DNA from: a virus | Length of the DNA: 57,380 bases | IMG/VR virus record: IMGVR_UViG_3300005077_000022 | Span: 1-57,380 of that record | Reading direction: 5' to 3' (one strand) | Part shown: positions 1-7,892 of the stretch, piece by piece | Position numbering within the stretch: position 1 is the stretch's first letter | Layout of the letters: each line of letters opens with the position of its first letter | Translations under genes and position numbers: made by a program | The notes under the pieces: model-generated | What the model was told of the DNA's origin: nothing | What the model saw: only the letters and a program-made list of their open reading frames with translations | The model's database searches: none

Positions 1-99
1 CGGTGAGGTAGGGATTGCTCATGCGGCCCTCCTCGCTCGCGTGTCCCGCAGGCCGTGCACGGTGCGGAGTGACGCGAACCAACCCGGCACCTGCGCCGC
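1..99. repeat. 99-bp terminal direct repeat, identical to 57282..57380 (circular-assembly overlap or short terminal redundancy)
   Basis: Read directly: cggtgaggtagggattgctcatgcgg...cacctgcgccgc occurs at both ends of the window. Confidence 0.9.
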
Positions 100-258
100 C
101 TGCAGGCGGTCGCGGCAGTCGTGGCAGTACGGGCGGGGATCGACCGAGGGCGCGGGCCGCTCACAGCCACGCGGGCAGCGGTAGGCGTACGCATGGCGGA
201 TGGCGCAGGCGTCACACACGATCATCGTCGCGCCGCAGTGGCCGCAGACGACGGTCAC
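19..258 (-). CDS. Small Cys-rich (zinc-ribbon-like) protein, 79 aa
   Basis: C-terminal part of ORF 19..570. GTG at 258 overlaps the stop of 255..956 (GTGA). Cys pairs VVCGHCGATMIVCDAC, RCPRGC, YCHDC. Its stop overlaps (tcat at 19-22 = ATGA) the ATG of the gene whose body lies at 57109..57303. Confidence 0.45.
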   Translation of the reverse strand: MTVVCGHCGATMIVCDACAIRHAYAYRCPRGCERPAPSVDPRPYCHDCRDRLQAAQVPGWFASLRTVHGLRDTRARRAA

Positions 259-956
259 GGGTAGTACCTCGGCCCTTCGTAGTCGGCGGGCACCTCGCAC
301 TCCGGTCGCCAGTTCGTTTCGTGCGTGGCCTCCGGTCGCCCGTACTGCCGCCACTCGTCGGACAGAATGTGCTGCAACTCGTGGCCCCACATCGTCTGGC
401 CGGGCTGCCACGTCAATCCGTCTGCGAGCGTGCAGGTGGATGGCTGAAGGATCACGTAGTGCCGAAAGCACTGGCTCGACATCGTGGCCTTCGCCTTGCG
501 CCACGTCGTGCCGTCCCACCACGGCGGATAGGCGTCGATGCAACAGCGCAAGCCCGGCTGCTGCGGGCACTCCACGGCAGGCATTTCACGCAGCCAGACC
601 GTGTCCGGGGTGACCCACTTCCGCGTAGCGCCCGGCGTCGGGTACGGCGGCGGCGGCGGATACTCCGGCGTGTCAAGGCAGTCGCGAATCGCATAGTAGC
701 ACGATCCGCTTCCGAGCGTGGGCGTGGACCCCGCCGTCTGCACCGGCACCGGCGTCCACGTCGCCGTTGGCGTGCTCGTGCGCGTCGGGGTGCGCGTTGC
801 CGTGGACACCGCGCTCGTGCGCGTGCGGGTGGGGGTGGGGATGCGCGTGCGTCGGTATTCGGGCGGGGTGGACCAGTACGTCCAGCGGGCGTGTGCCTCG
901 GAGGCCACGAACAGGGCCACCGCCAGCACAACGCAGCAGTGCCACCACCGGGTCAT
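255..956 (-). CDS. Secreted protein (signal peptide, Thr/Pro/Arg-rich linker, Cys/Trp-rich C-terminal domain); near the distal end of the lysis cluster
   Basis: ATG at 956 inside ORF 255..1409 gives MTRWWHCCVVLAVALFVASEAHA followed by TPTRTRT-type linker. ATGA overlap with 953..1429. Confidence 0.6.
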   Translation of the reverse strand: MTRWWHCCVVLAVALFVASEAHARWTYWSTPPEYRRTRIPTPTRTRTSAVSTATRTPTRTSTPTATWTPVPVQTAGSTPTLGSGSCYYAIRDCLDTPEYPPPPPYPTPGATRKWVTPDTVWLREMPAVECPQQPGLRCCIDAYPPWWDGTTWRKAKATMSSQCFRHYVILQPSTCTLADGLTWQPGQTMWGHELQHILSDEWRQYGRPEATHETNWRPECEVPADYEGPRYYP

Positions 957-1429
957 GGCACACTCCCCACGATGAGGCGGGGCGGGGTCATGGGCAACGG
1001 AGTGGGTTCCTTCACGTTGCTGGCGACACTGAGGACACCGTCCCGGCTTCGCGCCCACGCCACCCAGCGGTTCAGCAGGCCGGGTCCCGTGAGGCCGATG
1101 GCTCGCGGGTCCACCACAATCCACGCCGTGGTGGGATCGTCCGGGCACAGGGCTTGGTGCTCCACGGGGACGGGTGTGCGGGTGGGGGGAATGGGAATGG
1201 TGGCCACGGGAGTCACCCCGGACGGGGGCACCGGCGGCACCGGGGACGCGCCGAAGTTCCACAGCTCGATGCTTGCCACGTTGGCCATGTCGGGCTGGCA
1301 GATGCCCAGCCACGGTCCGTCCTGTGCCCGTGCGGCGTACACCGCCACGAGCATGAGCCACACGAGGCCCCCCAGCACAAAGGCTCCCATGAGCACCCAC
1401 GTCCGCCACGATGCGTGATCCGCCACCAT
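953..1429 (-). CDS. Membrane-anchored Pro-rich protein (N-terminal TM helix); spanin-like position
   Basis: ATG at 1429 inside ORF 953..1498: MVADHASWRTWVLMGAFVLGGLVWLMLVAVYAARAQ. It starts 2 nt after the stop of 1431..1700. Confidence 0.55.
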   Translation of the reverse strand: MVADHASWRTWVLMGAFVLGGLVWLMLVAVYAARAQDGPWLGICQPDMANVASIELWNFGASPVPPVPPSGVTPVATIPIPPTRTPVPVEHQALCPDDPTTAWIVVDPRAIGLTGPGLLNRWVAWARSRDGVLSVASNVKEPTPLPMTPPRLIVGSVP

Positions 1430-1430
1430 G

Positions 1431-1700
1431 TTACTTGGCCTCCGTGTGCATCCGGTCCATCTGCGACCGGAGGATATCCTGTTCGCGCCGAATGTCATGC
1501 ACGGCGTCCACCAGCCGCTTTTCCAGTTCCCGCTGGAACACCTCCGTTTGCGCCATGCGCAGGTCGAGCAGGAACAACTTGTTGCGGATGTCCCGGAGGA
1601 GCTTGGAGATGATCCCGAGGATCACGGCGACCACCGTCTGCACCAGTGGCAGCAACGCACTCAAGTGCCCCATCACCGCCGTTTGTTCATCCATCCCCAT
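1431..1700 (-). CDS. Small membrane plus coiled-coil protein (lysis-associated, function unknown)
   Basis: 89-aa ORF. Hydrophobic LSALLPLVQTVVAVILGIISKLL followed by a charged heptad-like tail. Sits between the holin-like gene and the membrane-anchored protein. Confidence 0.55.
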   Translation of the reverse strand: MGMDEQTAVMGHLSALLPLVQTVVAVILGIISKLLRDIRNKLFLLDLRMAQTEVFQRELEKRLVDAVHDIRREQDILRSQMDRMHTEAK

Positions 1701-1911
1701 GCCGCACCTCTGCCACCCGGGCTTTCAGCCGCTCCTGACACGCCGGGCAGAGCAGGGAGGGATCGCTCAAGGCGATGCACTGGTTGAGGCCGGTTCGCAA
1801 GCACACGGGTTCCGACCGTGGCGGTTGGACGCGAAACATCTTCCACACCGTGACCAGCACAACAATCAGCAGCCCGCAGTTGATGGCGGGAATGATGAAG
1901 TGACTGTACAT
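1687..1911 (-). CDS. Holin-like small membrane protein
   Basis: 74 aa with TM segment IIPAINCGLLIVVLVTVWKMF. RBS GGGAAGGGAGGG upstream of ATG 1911. Immediately downstream of the amidase. Confidence 0.5.
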   Translation of the reverse strand: MYSHFIIPAINCGLLIVVLVTVWKMFRVQPPRSEPVCLRTGLNQCIALSDPSLLCPACQERLKARVAEVRHGDG

Positions 1912-1943
1912 CGCCGCCCTCCCTTCCCAGCGTCCGGTGCCGT

Positions 1944-2498
1944 CTACGCACAGGATGGGGTGGCAGGCGGGGTAGGGTCAAGCGGCGGCATCCACACGAG
2001 GAGGTGGCGCGCCACGCGGAGGAGGAACGGGATCCACGGAAATGCGGGGCCGGGGTCTGGCTTGCGGCCACGCGGGACGCACACGGCATTGTGCCCTACC
2101 ACTCCGTGCAAGGGGATGTTGTACCGCAGGCACCGGAGGGCCACCCAGCACGCGGCCATCTGCAGTTGGGGAGTGGGGAAGTCCGTGCCGGTGCCCACTA
2201 ACTCCACGCCGAGGGAGAAGGCGTTGACGCTGCCTTCCACATGGCACCCGTGCAGGGTTGAGGCCCCGGCGTGCCACGCCTTGGCGTAGTCGGGCACGCA
2301 GCGGTAGATGGTGCCGTCCCGGTCCACCACGACGTGGGCCGACACTTCGGCTGACCGGGTGGCGAACCAGCCCAGCGTGCTGTTGACCGAGGTGGCACCC
2401 GTGTAGTGGATGACCACGGCGGTGATGGCATGGCCGTTGCGGGCCGAGTGGTTCGGCGACGGGTGGGGGTGCTCGATGAGGACCGGGGTGGTGCTCAT
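1944..2498 (-). CDS. Endolysin, N-acetylmuramoyl-L-alanine amidase (Amidase_2/PGRP fold)
   Basis: Motifs AVVIHYTG, AHVVVDRDGTIYRCVP, AWHAG, NAFSLGVELVG, HNAVC..RKPDPGP. Start taken at ATG 2498 (MSTTPVLIEHP); the ORF track start is 2519. Confidence 0.85.
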   Translation of the reverse strand: MSTTPVLIEHPHPSPNHSARNGHAITAVVIHYTGATSVNSTLGWFATRSAEVSAHVVVDRDGTIYRCVPDYAKAWHAGASTLHGCHVEGSVNAFSLGVELVGTGTDFPTPQLQMAACWVALRCLRYNIPLHGVVGHNAVCVPRGRKPDPGPAFPWIPFLLRVARHLLVWMPPLDPTPPATPSCA

Positions 2499-2598
2499 GG
2501 CAACCACCCCCACCCCCACGGGGACGAGGTGGCACCCGTGGGAGTGGGGCGCGCATCCGGTGCCGATGGGGGGCGGTCGAGGATGCGCGGTTGATGGC

Positions 2599-2925
2599 TT
2601 ACTTGGGCACCACGGTGACGGTGACGCCGAGGTTGGCGGCCTTGGCCATCGTCACGGTGAACTGCAGGATCTCCACGATGGCTTCCACGCCCTCGCCGAG
2701 GTCGGCGTCGGCGCGGACCTCCACCTCCGCGTAGCCCGGGGCGTCCCCGGACGGGATCTCGCACGACAGGCCGTCCGCACTGGCCGTCAGTGCGCCGAGG
2801 AATTCGGCTCCGGTGAGCACGGACCACACCGGGGCACCGTCCACCTGTGCCGGTTGGCCGGTGGCGGTGGTGATGTTCAAGGCGACGAGGGCCTTCTCTG
2901 CGGTGGTGAGCTTGACGTCGATCAT
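2599..2925 (-). CDS. Beta-rich, Ig-like-domain hypothetical protein
   Basis: 108-aa ORF MIDVKLTTAEKALVALNITTATGQPAQVDG...; composition and alternation resemble bacterial Ig-like domains. ATGA coupling to the upstream mini-gene. Confidence 0.45.
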   Translation of the reverse strand: MIDVKLTTAEKALVALNITTATGQPAQVDGAPVWSVLTGAEFLGALTASADGLSCEIPSGDAPGYAEVEVRADADLGEGVEAIVEILQFTVTMAKAANLGVTVTVVPK

Positions 2926-3068
2926 GGGGCAGGTTCCTCCTTCGGCAGTTTGGGGACGATGTGGACGATCAGGGTGACGCGACCCCTACGGCCGCGCCGC
3001 CAGTGGCGGTAGAGCATCCAGCCGATGGCCACGCCGAACCAGAACGCGAACACGGCGAGTAGCAGCAC
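2922..3068 (-). CDS. Small TM protein, 48 aa (not in ORF track)
   Basis: Hand translation from GTG 3068: MLLLAVFAFWFGVAIGWMLYRHWRRGRRGRVTLIVHIVPKLPKEEPAP. Its stop overlaps ATG 2925 (ATGA). Confidence 0.35.
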   Translation of the reverse strand: MLLLAVFAFWFGVAIGWMLYRHWRRGRRGRVTLIVHIVPKLPKEEPAP

Positions 3069-3069
3069 G

Positions 3070-3300
3070 TCACGCGGCGTCCTTGGCCAGCCACGACAGG
3101 GCGTAGATGAGCACGGCGAACGCGAACTGGAGCCACTCCTCCTGCGAGTCGGGGAAGCGCGCCCCCACGGTGGACAGGTAGAACGCGGACCCGGCTCCCA
3201 TGCCCGCGAGGGTGGTCTTGTTGTTCACGAGGCCAGCGGTGAACAGGTCCTTCATGCACCGCGATATACCACGCTGGGGCGGGGTGGGGGAATCGGGCAC
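3070..3300 (-). CDS. Two-TM small membrane protein (second holin-like candidate)
   Basis: MKDLFTAGLVNNKTTLAGMGAGSAFYLSTVGARFPDSQEEWLQFAFAVLIYALSWLAKDAA. The start is either GTG 3300 or ATG 3255. Confidence 0.45.
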   Translation of the reverse strand: MPDSPTPPQRGISRCMKDLFTAGLVNNKTTLAGMGAGSAFYLSTVGARFPDSQEEWLQFAFAVLIYALSWLAKDAA

Positions 3301-3301
3301 G

Positions 3302-3718
3302 TTACAGGGGCATCTCCTGTTGGCGTTCGTCCGTGGTCATGGGTCGTTCGGTAAGGATCTCGCCGGTGTCCTCGCGGGTGCGGACGATCTGCCCACGGCG
3401 GTAGTCGTGGACGATGCGGACAGTGACAGGTCGATCCACCGATTGGGTCCGAATGCACTTCCGCAGTTCGCGGATCTTGCTGTTCTGATCTTCGATCTGC
3501 TCCTTGAACCGATCAGCGGCGTCCTTGCGTTCGCGCTCGATCTCATCGCGGCGGGCGAGTTCGGCTTCGAGGTTGCGGCCCACTTCGACCAATTCGTAGT
3601 TCGCCAGCCGGCACGGCAGGATTTCCTTGGTGAACGTCTCCGCAATGGCCCCGATGTCTTCCGGTGCCGTTGGGGACGACTCGGGGGTGGTGAGGGGGAG
3701 GTCGGGTGTGGTGGTCAT
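3302..3718 (-). CDS. Hypothetical coiled-coil protein, 138 aa
   Basis: ATG 3718 (MTTTPDLPLTT...) preceded by GGAGAAAG. Charged helical core RNLEAELARRDEIERERKDAADRFKEQIEDQNSKIRELRK. ATGA overlap with 3715..4200. Confidence 0.6.
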   Translation of the reverse strand: MTTTPDLPLTTPESSPTAPEDIGAIAETFTKEILPCRLANYELVEVGRNLEAELARRDEIERERKDAADRFKEQIEDQNSKIRELRKCIRTQSVDRPVTVRIVHDYRRGQIVRTREDTGEILTERPMTTDERQQEMPL

Positions 3719-4200
3719 GGTCGTTTTCTTTCTCCGTTGGTTAGGCCCCGCACCCGCAGTGCTGGGGTGAGGGGACGTGGGATAACACGCACGATGCGAC
3801 ACGGGCACGGGCGGTCCCAAATGCCGGGCACGTTGCACACGGGGCAGTGGGCGGACTTGAGGGCGCGGCGAATGCCGTCCGCGTCGAGGGGCGGGACGTT
3901 GGCGACGACGAAGTCGAGGCCGATTGGTTCGGTGTTGACGTGATCGAACCACACCCGCGCCGACTCCCACAGGCGGGGGTCCACGGCGGACGCCGACGAG
4001 GCGAAGCACACGCCGAGGTCGTGGAGAGCTTGGGTGAGCACGGCCACGCACAGGCGGACTTCCGGGATGGCGAGGCGGTGGGTGGTCCACACCACGTCCC
4101 ACGGGGCCATCTCCGCAGCGGTGAGGCGCGGCAACAGACCCTCCCCGGTGAGGGACATGGTGACCGGCTGCTGGGCCGCATCGCTGTGGGACGCACGCAT
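3715..4200 (-). CDS. Hypothetical protein, 161 aa
   Basis: ORF with protein-like composition. ATG 4200 lies 1 nt after the stop of 4202..4393 and is preceded by the conserved GGAGGAGGAGTGA junction. Confidence 0.55.
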   Translation of the reverse strand: MRASHSDAAQQPVTMSLTGEGLLPRLTAAEMAPWDVVWTTHRLAIPEVRLCVAVLTQALHDLGVCFASSASAVDPRLWESARVWFDHVNTEPIGLDFVVANVPPLDADGIRRALKSAHCPVCNVPGIWDRPCPCRIVRVIPRPLTPALRVRGLTNGERKRP

Positions 4201-4201
4201 C

Positions 4202-4393
4202 TCACTCCTCCTCCGTGGCGTTCAATGCGGCCATCACCCGCCGGTACGCCGGCCCCACGACGCGGGTGATGATCCGGTCAACGTCGCATGGCAGCGGACT
4301 GGCCCCGAGACGCTGGAAGTCAAGGCGGCTCCGCATCACCTCCTCGTGGATGGCTCGGTAGATGGCCTCGCGGCGTTTGCTGGACAGGCGCAT
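4202..4393 (-). CDS. Hypothetical small protein, 63 aa
   Basis: ORF MRLSSKRREAIYRAIHEEVMRSRLDFQRLG... preceded by the junction motif CCACGGGAGGGGAGTGAA-ATG. Confidence 0.5.
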   Translation of the reverse strand: MRLSSKRREAIYRAIHEEVMRSRLDFQRLGASPLPCDVDRIITRVVGPAYRRVMAALNATEEE

Positions 4394-4417
4394 TTCACTC
4401 CCCTCCCGTGGCGTGCG

Positions 4418-4675
4418 TCACCACCAGTACCCACCGATCAGCCAGCCAATCACCAGCCCGGCGACACCCGACGCGACCGAAAAGTCGCGGCGCTGCTGCG
4501 CGTTCTCGGCGCGCAACCGGGCGTTCTCGGCGCGCAGGGCGGCGTTCTCCTCGCGCAGCGATGCGTTCTCGGCCAGCATTTGGCTCAGCGCTTTTCCGGT
4601 CGCCGTTGCGCCGCACTGCACGCAGCACCCATCATCGTCGATGCGGCATGGGCCGCATTCAGGACAGAACCCCAT
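4418..4675 (-). CDS. Tail-anchored membrane protein: zinc ribbon, heptad coiled coil, C-terminal TM
   Basis: ATG 4675: MGFCPECGPCRIDDDGCCVQCG, then ENAxLRxENA heptads, then VASGVAGLVIGWLIGGYWW. Confidence 0.6.
   Translation of the reverse strand: MGFCPECGPCRIDDDGCCVQCGATATGKALSQMLAENASLREENAALRAENARLRAENAQQRRDFSVASGVAGLVIGWLIGGYWW
4500..4583. repeat. Four tandem 21-bp units (gcgttctcggcgcgca...) encoding the ENAxLRx heptads
   Basis: Read directly: units begin at 4500, 4521, 4542 and 4563. Confidence 0.8.
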
Positions 4676-5082
4676 CACTCTCCTCCCGTGGCGCGCAGCG
4701 TGGCGTAGATGAGCAAGTGCCCACCCCACCTGCCCATGTCGAGCGTCCCTGCCGCCTTTTCGAGCGCAGCGTCATGGCTGGGGCTGTTGCCGATCAGGTG
4801 CCGCAGCGCCGCGTGGCAGGTCTCCAAATCCAAATACAGCGCCAGTACGGCATCTTCCCGTTCGGTGAGTTCGCGATCCATCCGCTCGACCGCCGCGACG
4901 ACCCGCTCCTCGTCGCAATCCGCGTCGTACAGGCTGACGTGCTCTTCGTTCGGCAGACCGAGTGCGTAGTCGATGCGCGAGATTGCTGCGGCGAGCCGTG
5001 CATAGGCAACACGCAGTCGTTCATGCTCGGCACGTAGGCCGGTATTCTCCATAATCAAGCGCCCCACATAGTCGTGGCTCAT
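4675..5082 (-). CDS. Hypothetical protein, 135 aa
   Basis: ATG 5082 (MSHDYVGRLIMENTGLRAEHERLR...). The stop overlaps the next ATG (TGATG). The C-terminus ...RATGGE encodes the next gene's RBS. Confidence 0.55.
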   Translation of the reverse strand: MSHDYVGRLIMENTGLRAEHERLRVAYARLAAAISRIDYALGLPNEEHVSLYDADCDEERVVAAVERMDRELTEREDAVLALYLDLETCHAALRHLIGNSPSHDAALEKAAGTLDMGRWGGHLLIYATLRATGGE

Positions 5083-5083
5083 G

Positions 5084-5275
5084 TCACTCCCCTCCCGTGG
5101 CGTCGGCACCGTGCTGGGGGGCGTTGGACCACGCCTCCACGAACACGACCCGGTGCGCCTTGAGTGCGTGGTACAGGTCGCACACCACGCAGCCCTCCCC
5201 CGGCCCCCGGCCCCCGCACGCGCAGGCGTCCATGGTCAGGCGTTCCACGTCCCGCCACAGCACCCCTTCAGTCAT
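5084..5275 (-). CDS. Small Cys-rich protein, 63 aa
   Basis: ATG 5275: MTEGVLWRDVERLTMDACACGGRGPGEGCVVCDLYHALKAHRVVF...; ends ...DATGGE. Confidence 0.5.
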   Translation of the reverse strand: MTEGVLWRDVERLTMDACACGGRGPGEGCVVCDLYHALKAHRVVFVEAWSNAPQHGADATGGE

Positions 5276-5595
5276 TCGGCCCCTCCCGTGGGGCACGGGG
5301 CCACGCACGCGAACCCCACCACGGCGGTGCTCCAGTCGTAGGCGGTGGACCGTTCCTCGATCAGGGCCACGCACCACCCACCCCCATCTGTGGTCAGCCG
5401 CTCCAGCCACCGTTTGGGCCAGTGGACGAATGGGGTGGGCATCACCACGGGGGCCGGGGGGGCGGCGGCCGGTGCCGCAGGGGTGGGAGGAAGAGCTTGG
5501 GGCAGCCGTGCCTGTACCAACAGGGCCAGCGTCCCCCCGACGAGCAGGGTGGCGACCAGCAGCGCAGTGGGCAGGTGGGTGGGTGAACGGTTCAC
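5272..5595 (-). CDS. Membrane-anchored hypothetical protein, 107 aa
   Basis: GTG 5595 preceded by AGGAGG (5602-5607). TM LPTALLVATLLVGGTLALLV. GTGA overlap with 5592..5861. Confidence 0.45.
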   Translation of the reverse strand: MNRSPTHLPTALLVATLLVGGTLALLVQARLPQALPPTPAAPAAAPPAPVVMPTPFVHWPKRWLERLTTDGGGWCVALIEERSTAYDWSTAVVGFACVAPCPTGGAE

Positions 5596-5861
5596 GACGG
5601 ACCTCCTAGCGCCAGTTGGCGTGGGTCTGTGGCCGGGGTTGGCTTGAACCGGCGGCGTGGTCCCACGGGGGTCCAGTGACGCAGGGCACGCCGGGTCTCC
5701 CGTTCCAGCCGGGTGGCGTACCTCCGGGTGATCGCGGCATACGCTCGTTGCCACTCGTGCTTGCAGGACACCGAGCACGTCTTGCGGGTGGCGAACGTGG
5801 CGTGCCCCTCGTAGCGCCGCTGGACGAGCGGTTGCTTACACACGGCACACCGGGAACTCAC
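5592..5861 (-). CDS. Zinc-finger small protein, 89 aa
   Basis: MSSRCAVCKQPLVQRRYEGHATFATRKTCSVSCKHEW (CxxC...CxxxC). GTG start overlapping the upstream stop (GTGA). Confidence 0.55.
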   Translation of the reverse strand: MSSRCAVCKQPLVQRRYEGHATFATRKTCSVSCKHEWQRAYAAITRRYATRLERETRRALRHWTPVGPRRRFKPTPATDPRQLALGGPS

Positions 5862-6079
5862 AGCGGCTCCTGCGCGCCGGTGTCCCGTTCGAGGATCACG
5901 CCCCCCCGGAGGGCCGTGACCACGGCGCGGACGGCCCGGATGGCACTGGCCCGGGTGGCATACCCCTCGCCGCTGTCGGCGGTGATGCGCCCGTTGGCCG
6001 CTTCGAGGTGCCAGCGGAACTGGCCCGTGACGTCCTTGAGGATGGCCATGCGGGTGCGGGTCTTGGTGGTCTTCGTCAT
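5858..6079 (-). CDS. YegP/DUF1508-like protein
   Basis: MAILKDVTGQFRWHLEAANGRITADSGEGYATRASAIRAVRAVV matches the DUF1508 repeat pattern. ATG 6079 is preceded by CAGGAGGAACG. Confidence 0.65.
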   Translation of the reverse strand: MTKTTKTRTRMAILKDVTGQFRWHLEAANGRITADSGEGYATRASAIRAVRAVVTALRGGVILERDTGAQEPL

Positions 6080-6624
6080 CGTTCCTCCTGTGGCCCCGTA
6101 GGGCGCATTCGGCGGCGGATCACGCACAACACGGCGTCGAAGCACCCGTGCGGATCCGCTCGCAGTTGGTGGGTGGTGAACTCCAGCAGCATCCAGTCAT
6201 GCGTGGCGGCGTGCACCCGCTTCTCGCAGTCGCGGGCGAACCCGCTCCCCCGGACATGTCGTCCCCCGGCCCATGCTCCCCCGTGGACCTCCACGGCCGT
6301 GCGCGACGGGGTGTGGGCGAGGTCGAACCGGAACCGACGCTCCGTGCAGCACCGAACCTCACGTTCCAGATGAACTCCGGTGCCGTAAGCCTGCCACATC
6401 GTGAGGAATTCGGCGGCCGCGTCCGACCACAACCGCTTTTTTACCGGCGGGGGGGTGCGGGGTGTGGCCCCTCCCACGGGTCTGCCCGCCCGTGCACGAA
6501 TGCCCCGCATTGCCCCGGAAACAGGGGTAGGCGGGGCTTTTGGGGGTGGGGTGGGGGCTAGGTACCACCCGGTGCCTCGCGTGCGCCTACGGGCTTGTTT
6601 GGGGGTGGCACGGGGGGTGGTCAT
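6076..6624 (-). CDS. PD-(D/E)XK-type endonuclease domain protein (DUF559/Vsr-like), basic Pro-rich N-terminus
   Basis: C-terminal ERRFRFDLAHTPSRTAVEVHGGAWAGGRHVRGSGFARDCEKRVHAATHDWMLLEFT resembles the D...E(V)xG...K core. ATGA overlap with the helicase gene at 6621-6624. Confidence 0.55.
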   Translation of the reverse strand: MTTPRATPKQARRRTRGTGWYLAPTPPPKAPPTPVSGAMRGIRARAGRPVGGATPRTPPPVKKRLWSDAAAEFLTMWQAYGTGVHLEREVRCCTERRFRFDLAHTPSRTAVEVHGGAWAGGRHVRGSGFARDCEKRVHAATHDWMLLEFTTHQLRADPHGCFDAVLCVIRRRMRPTGPQEER

Positions 6625-7892
6625 CGGGTGCGCCAGTCGTCGTCGGGGTCCGGGTGGGGGTGGTGGGGGTCGGGGGTGAGGGAGTCGATTTCGCCGAACG
6701 TGAGGCGGTCGGGGTCGAACAGGAGGCGGAACTGGCCGGTGGCCCCGTCGCGGTTCTTGATCACGGCGGCGGTGGCGGCGAGGGGGTCGTCGCCGGTGGG
6801 GGCGCGGTGGAGGGTGACGACGATGTCGGCGTCGTGTTCGAGTTGACCGGACTCGCGCATGACGGCGAGGTCGTGGGGGTTGTGGGTGCGGCTGCCGCGT
6901 TCCGGGCGACCCACGGAGGAGATGACCACCACGGCCAGTTGGCGCTGGAGGGCGAGGGCCTTGAGGCCGGCGGACACCGCTTCGACTTCGGCCCGCTTGT
7001 CCCGTTGGGGGCGGGTGGCGGTGCGTTGGAGCAGCTGCAGATAGTCCACGAACACGGCGCGGGGTGGGGTGGTGCACAGGGCAAGGGCGGCGACGATCTC
7101 GTCCAGTGCGGTGGGGGCGTCCGTGAGCCACAGAGGGGCGTCGTAGAGCCGGTGCATGGTATCGGCGACCCGTTCCCACGGCACGTCGCGGCCGGTGCGG
7201 AGGGCGGACAGGGGCACCCCGGACTGCTGGGTGAGGAGGCGGCGGCCGATGGCCACGTTGCTCATTTCGCGGGACACGATGAGGGTGGGGATGCCGTGGA
7301 GGGCAGCGTGCATGGCCCACTGGGACGTGGCGAGGGACTTGCCCACGGCGGGCCGGGCGGCCACGTAGCACAGGTCACCGGGGCGCAGGCCCCCGGCGGT
7401 GAGGCGGTTGAACTCGGGCCACGGGGCGGGCACCACCCGGTGGGTGACGGTGGGGGCCTCTTCGGCGGCGCGCACCACGGCGGCCCCCACGTCGCGGAAC
7501 CGGGTGACGGGAAGGACGTGGCGGATGGGCGCGGAGCGGGTGGTGGCTGGGGTGGGAAGGCCCCGGCGTTCGAGGCGGCGGCGTTCGATCTCCTCGGCCA
7601 CGAGGCACTCGGCGTCGAGGAGGATGGACAGGGCGGTGGTGGCCGCCCGGCGGTCGTCCAAGCCGGGGGTGGCCCGCTGCAGGGCGGTGATGAGCTTGGG
7701 CAGGTACGCCAGCCCTTGGGTGTGGCGAATCTGGATGGCCGCGAGGGTGGCGTCCAGCGGGGCGTCCCCGTGGAGGAGGAGTTCGGTGAGCCACAGGACG
7801 GCTCCCACGTCCACGGGGCACGAGCGGTCGGGCCAGTGCGGGGGGTGGGCGAACAGTTCCAGCAGATCGGCGATGGGGTCGTTGGTGATCAT
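6621..7892 (-). CDS. dnaB: Replicative DNA helicase, DnaB-like
   Basis: Walker A ARPAVGKS, Walker B AVFVDYLQLL, RESGQLEHDADIVV, VIKNRDGATG. ATG 7892 (MITNDPIADLL) in ATGA overlap with the initiator gene. Confidence 0.85.
   Translation of the reverse strand: MITNDPIADLLELFAHPPHWPDRSCPVDVGAVLWLTELLLHGDAPLDATLAAIQIRHTQGLAYLPKLITALQRATPGLDDRRAATTALSILLDAECLVAEEIERRRLERRGLPTPATTRSAPIRHVLPVTRFRDVGAAVVRAAEEAPTVTHRVVPAPWPEFNRLTAGGLRPGDLCYVAARPAVGKSLATSQWAMHAALHGIPTLIVSREMSNVAIGRRLLTQQSGVPLSALRTGRDVPWERVADTMHRLYDAPLWLTDAPTALDEIVAALALCTTPPRAVFVDYLQLLQRTATRPQRDKRAEVEAVSAGLKALALQRQLAVVVISSVGRPERGSRTHNPHDLAVMRESGQLEHDADIVVTLHRAPTGDDPLAATAAVIKNRDGATGQFRLLFDPDRLTFGEIDSLTPDPHHPHPDPDDDWRTR

Noticed and set aside
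1-99. Interpreting the 99-bp end repeat as a genuine biological direct terminal repeat or cos region.
   Set aside because: This cannot be distinguished from an assembler overlap of a circular or circularly permuted genome. The repeat lies inside coding sequence with a coupled gene junction, so it is reported only as closure evidence.
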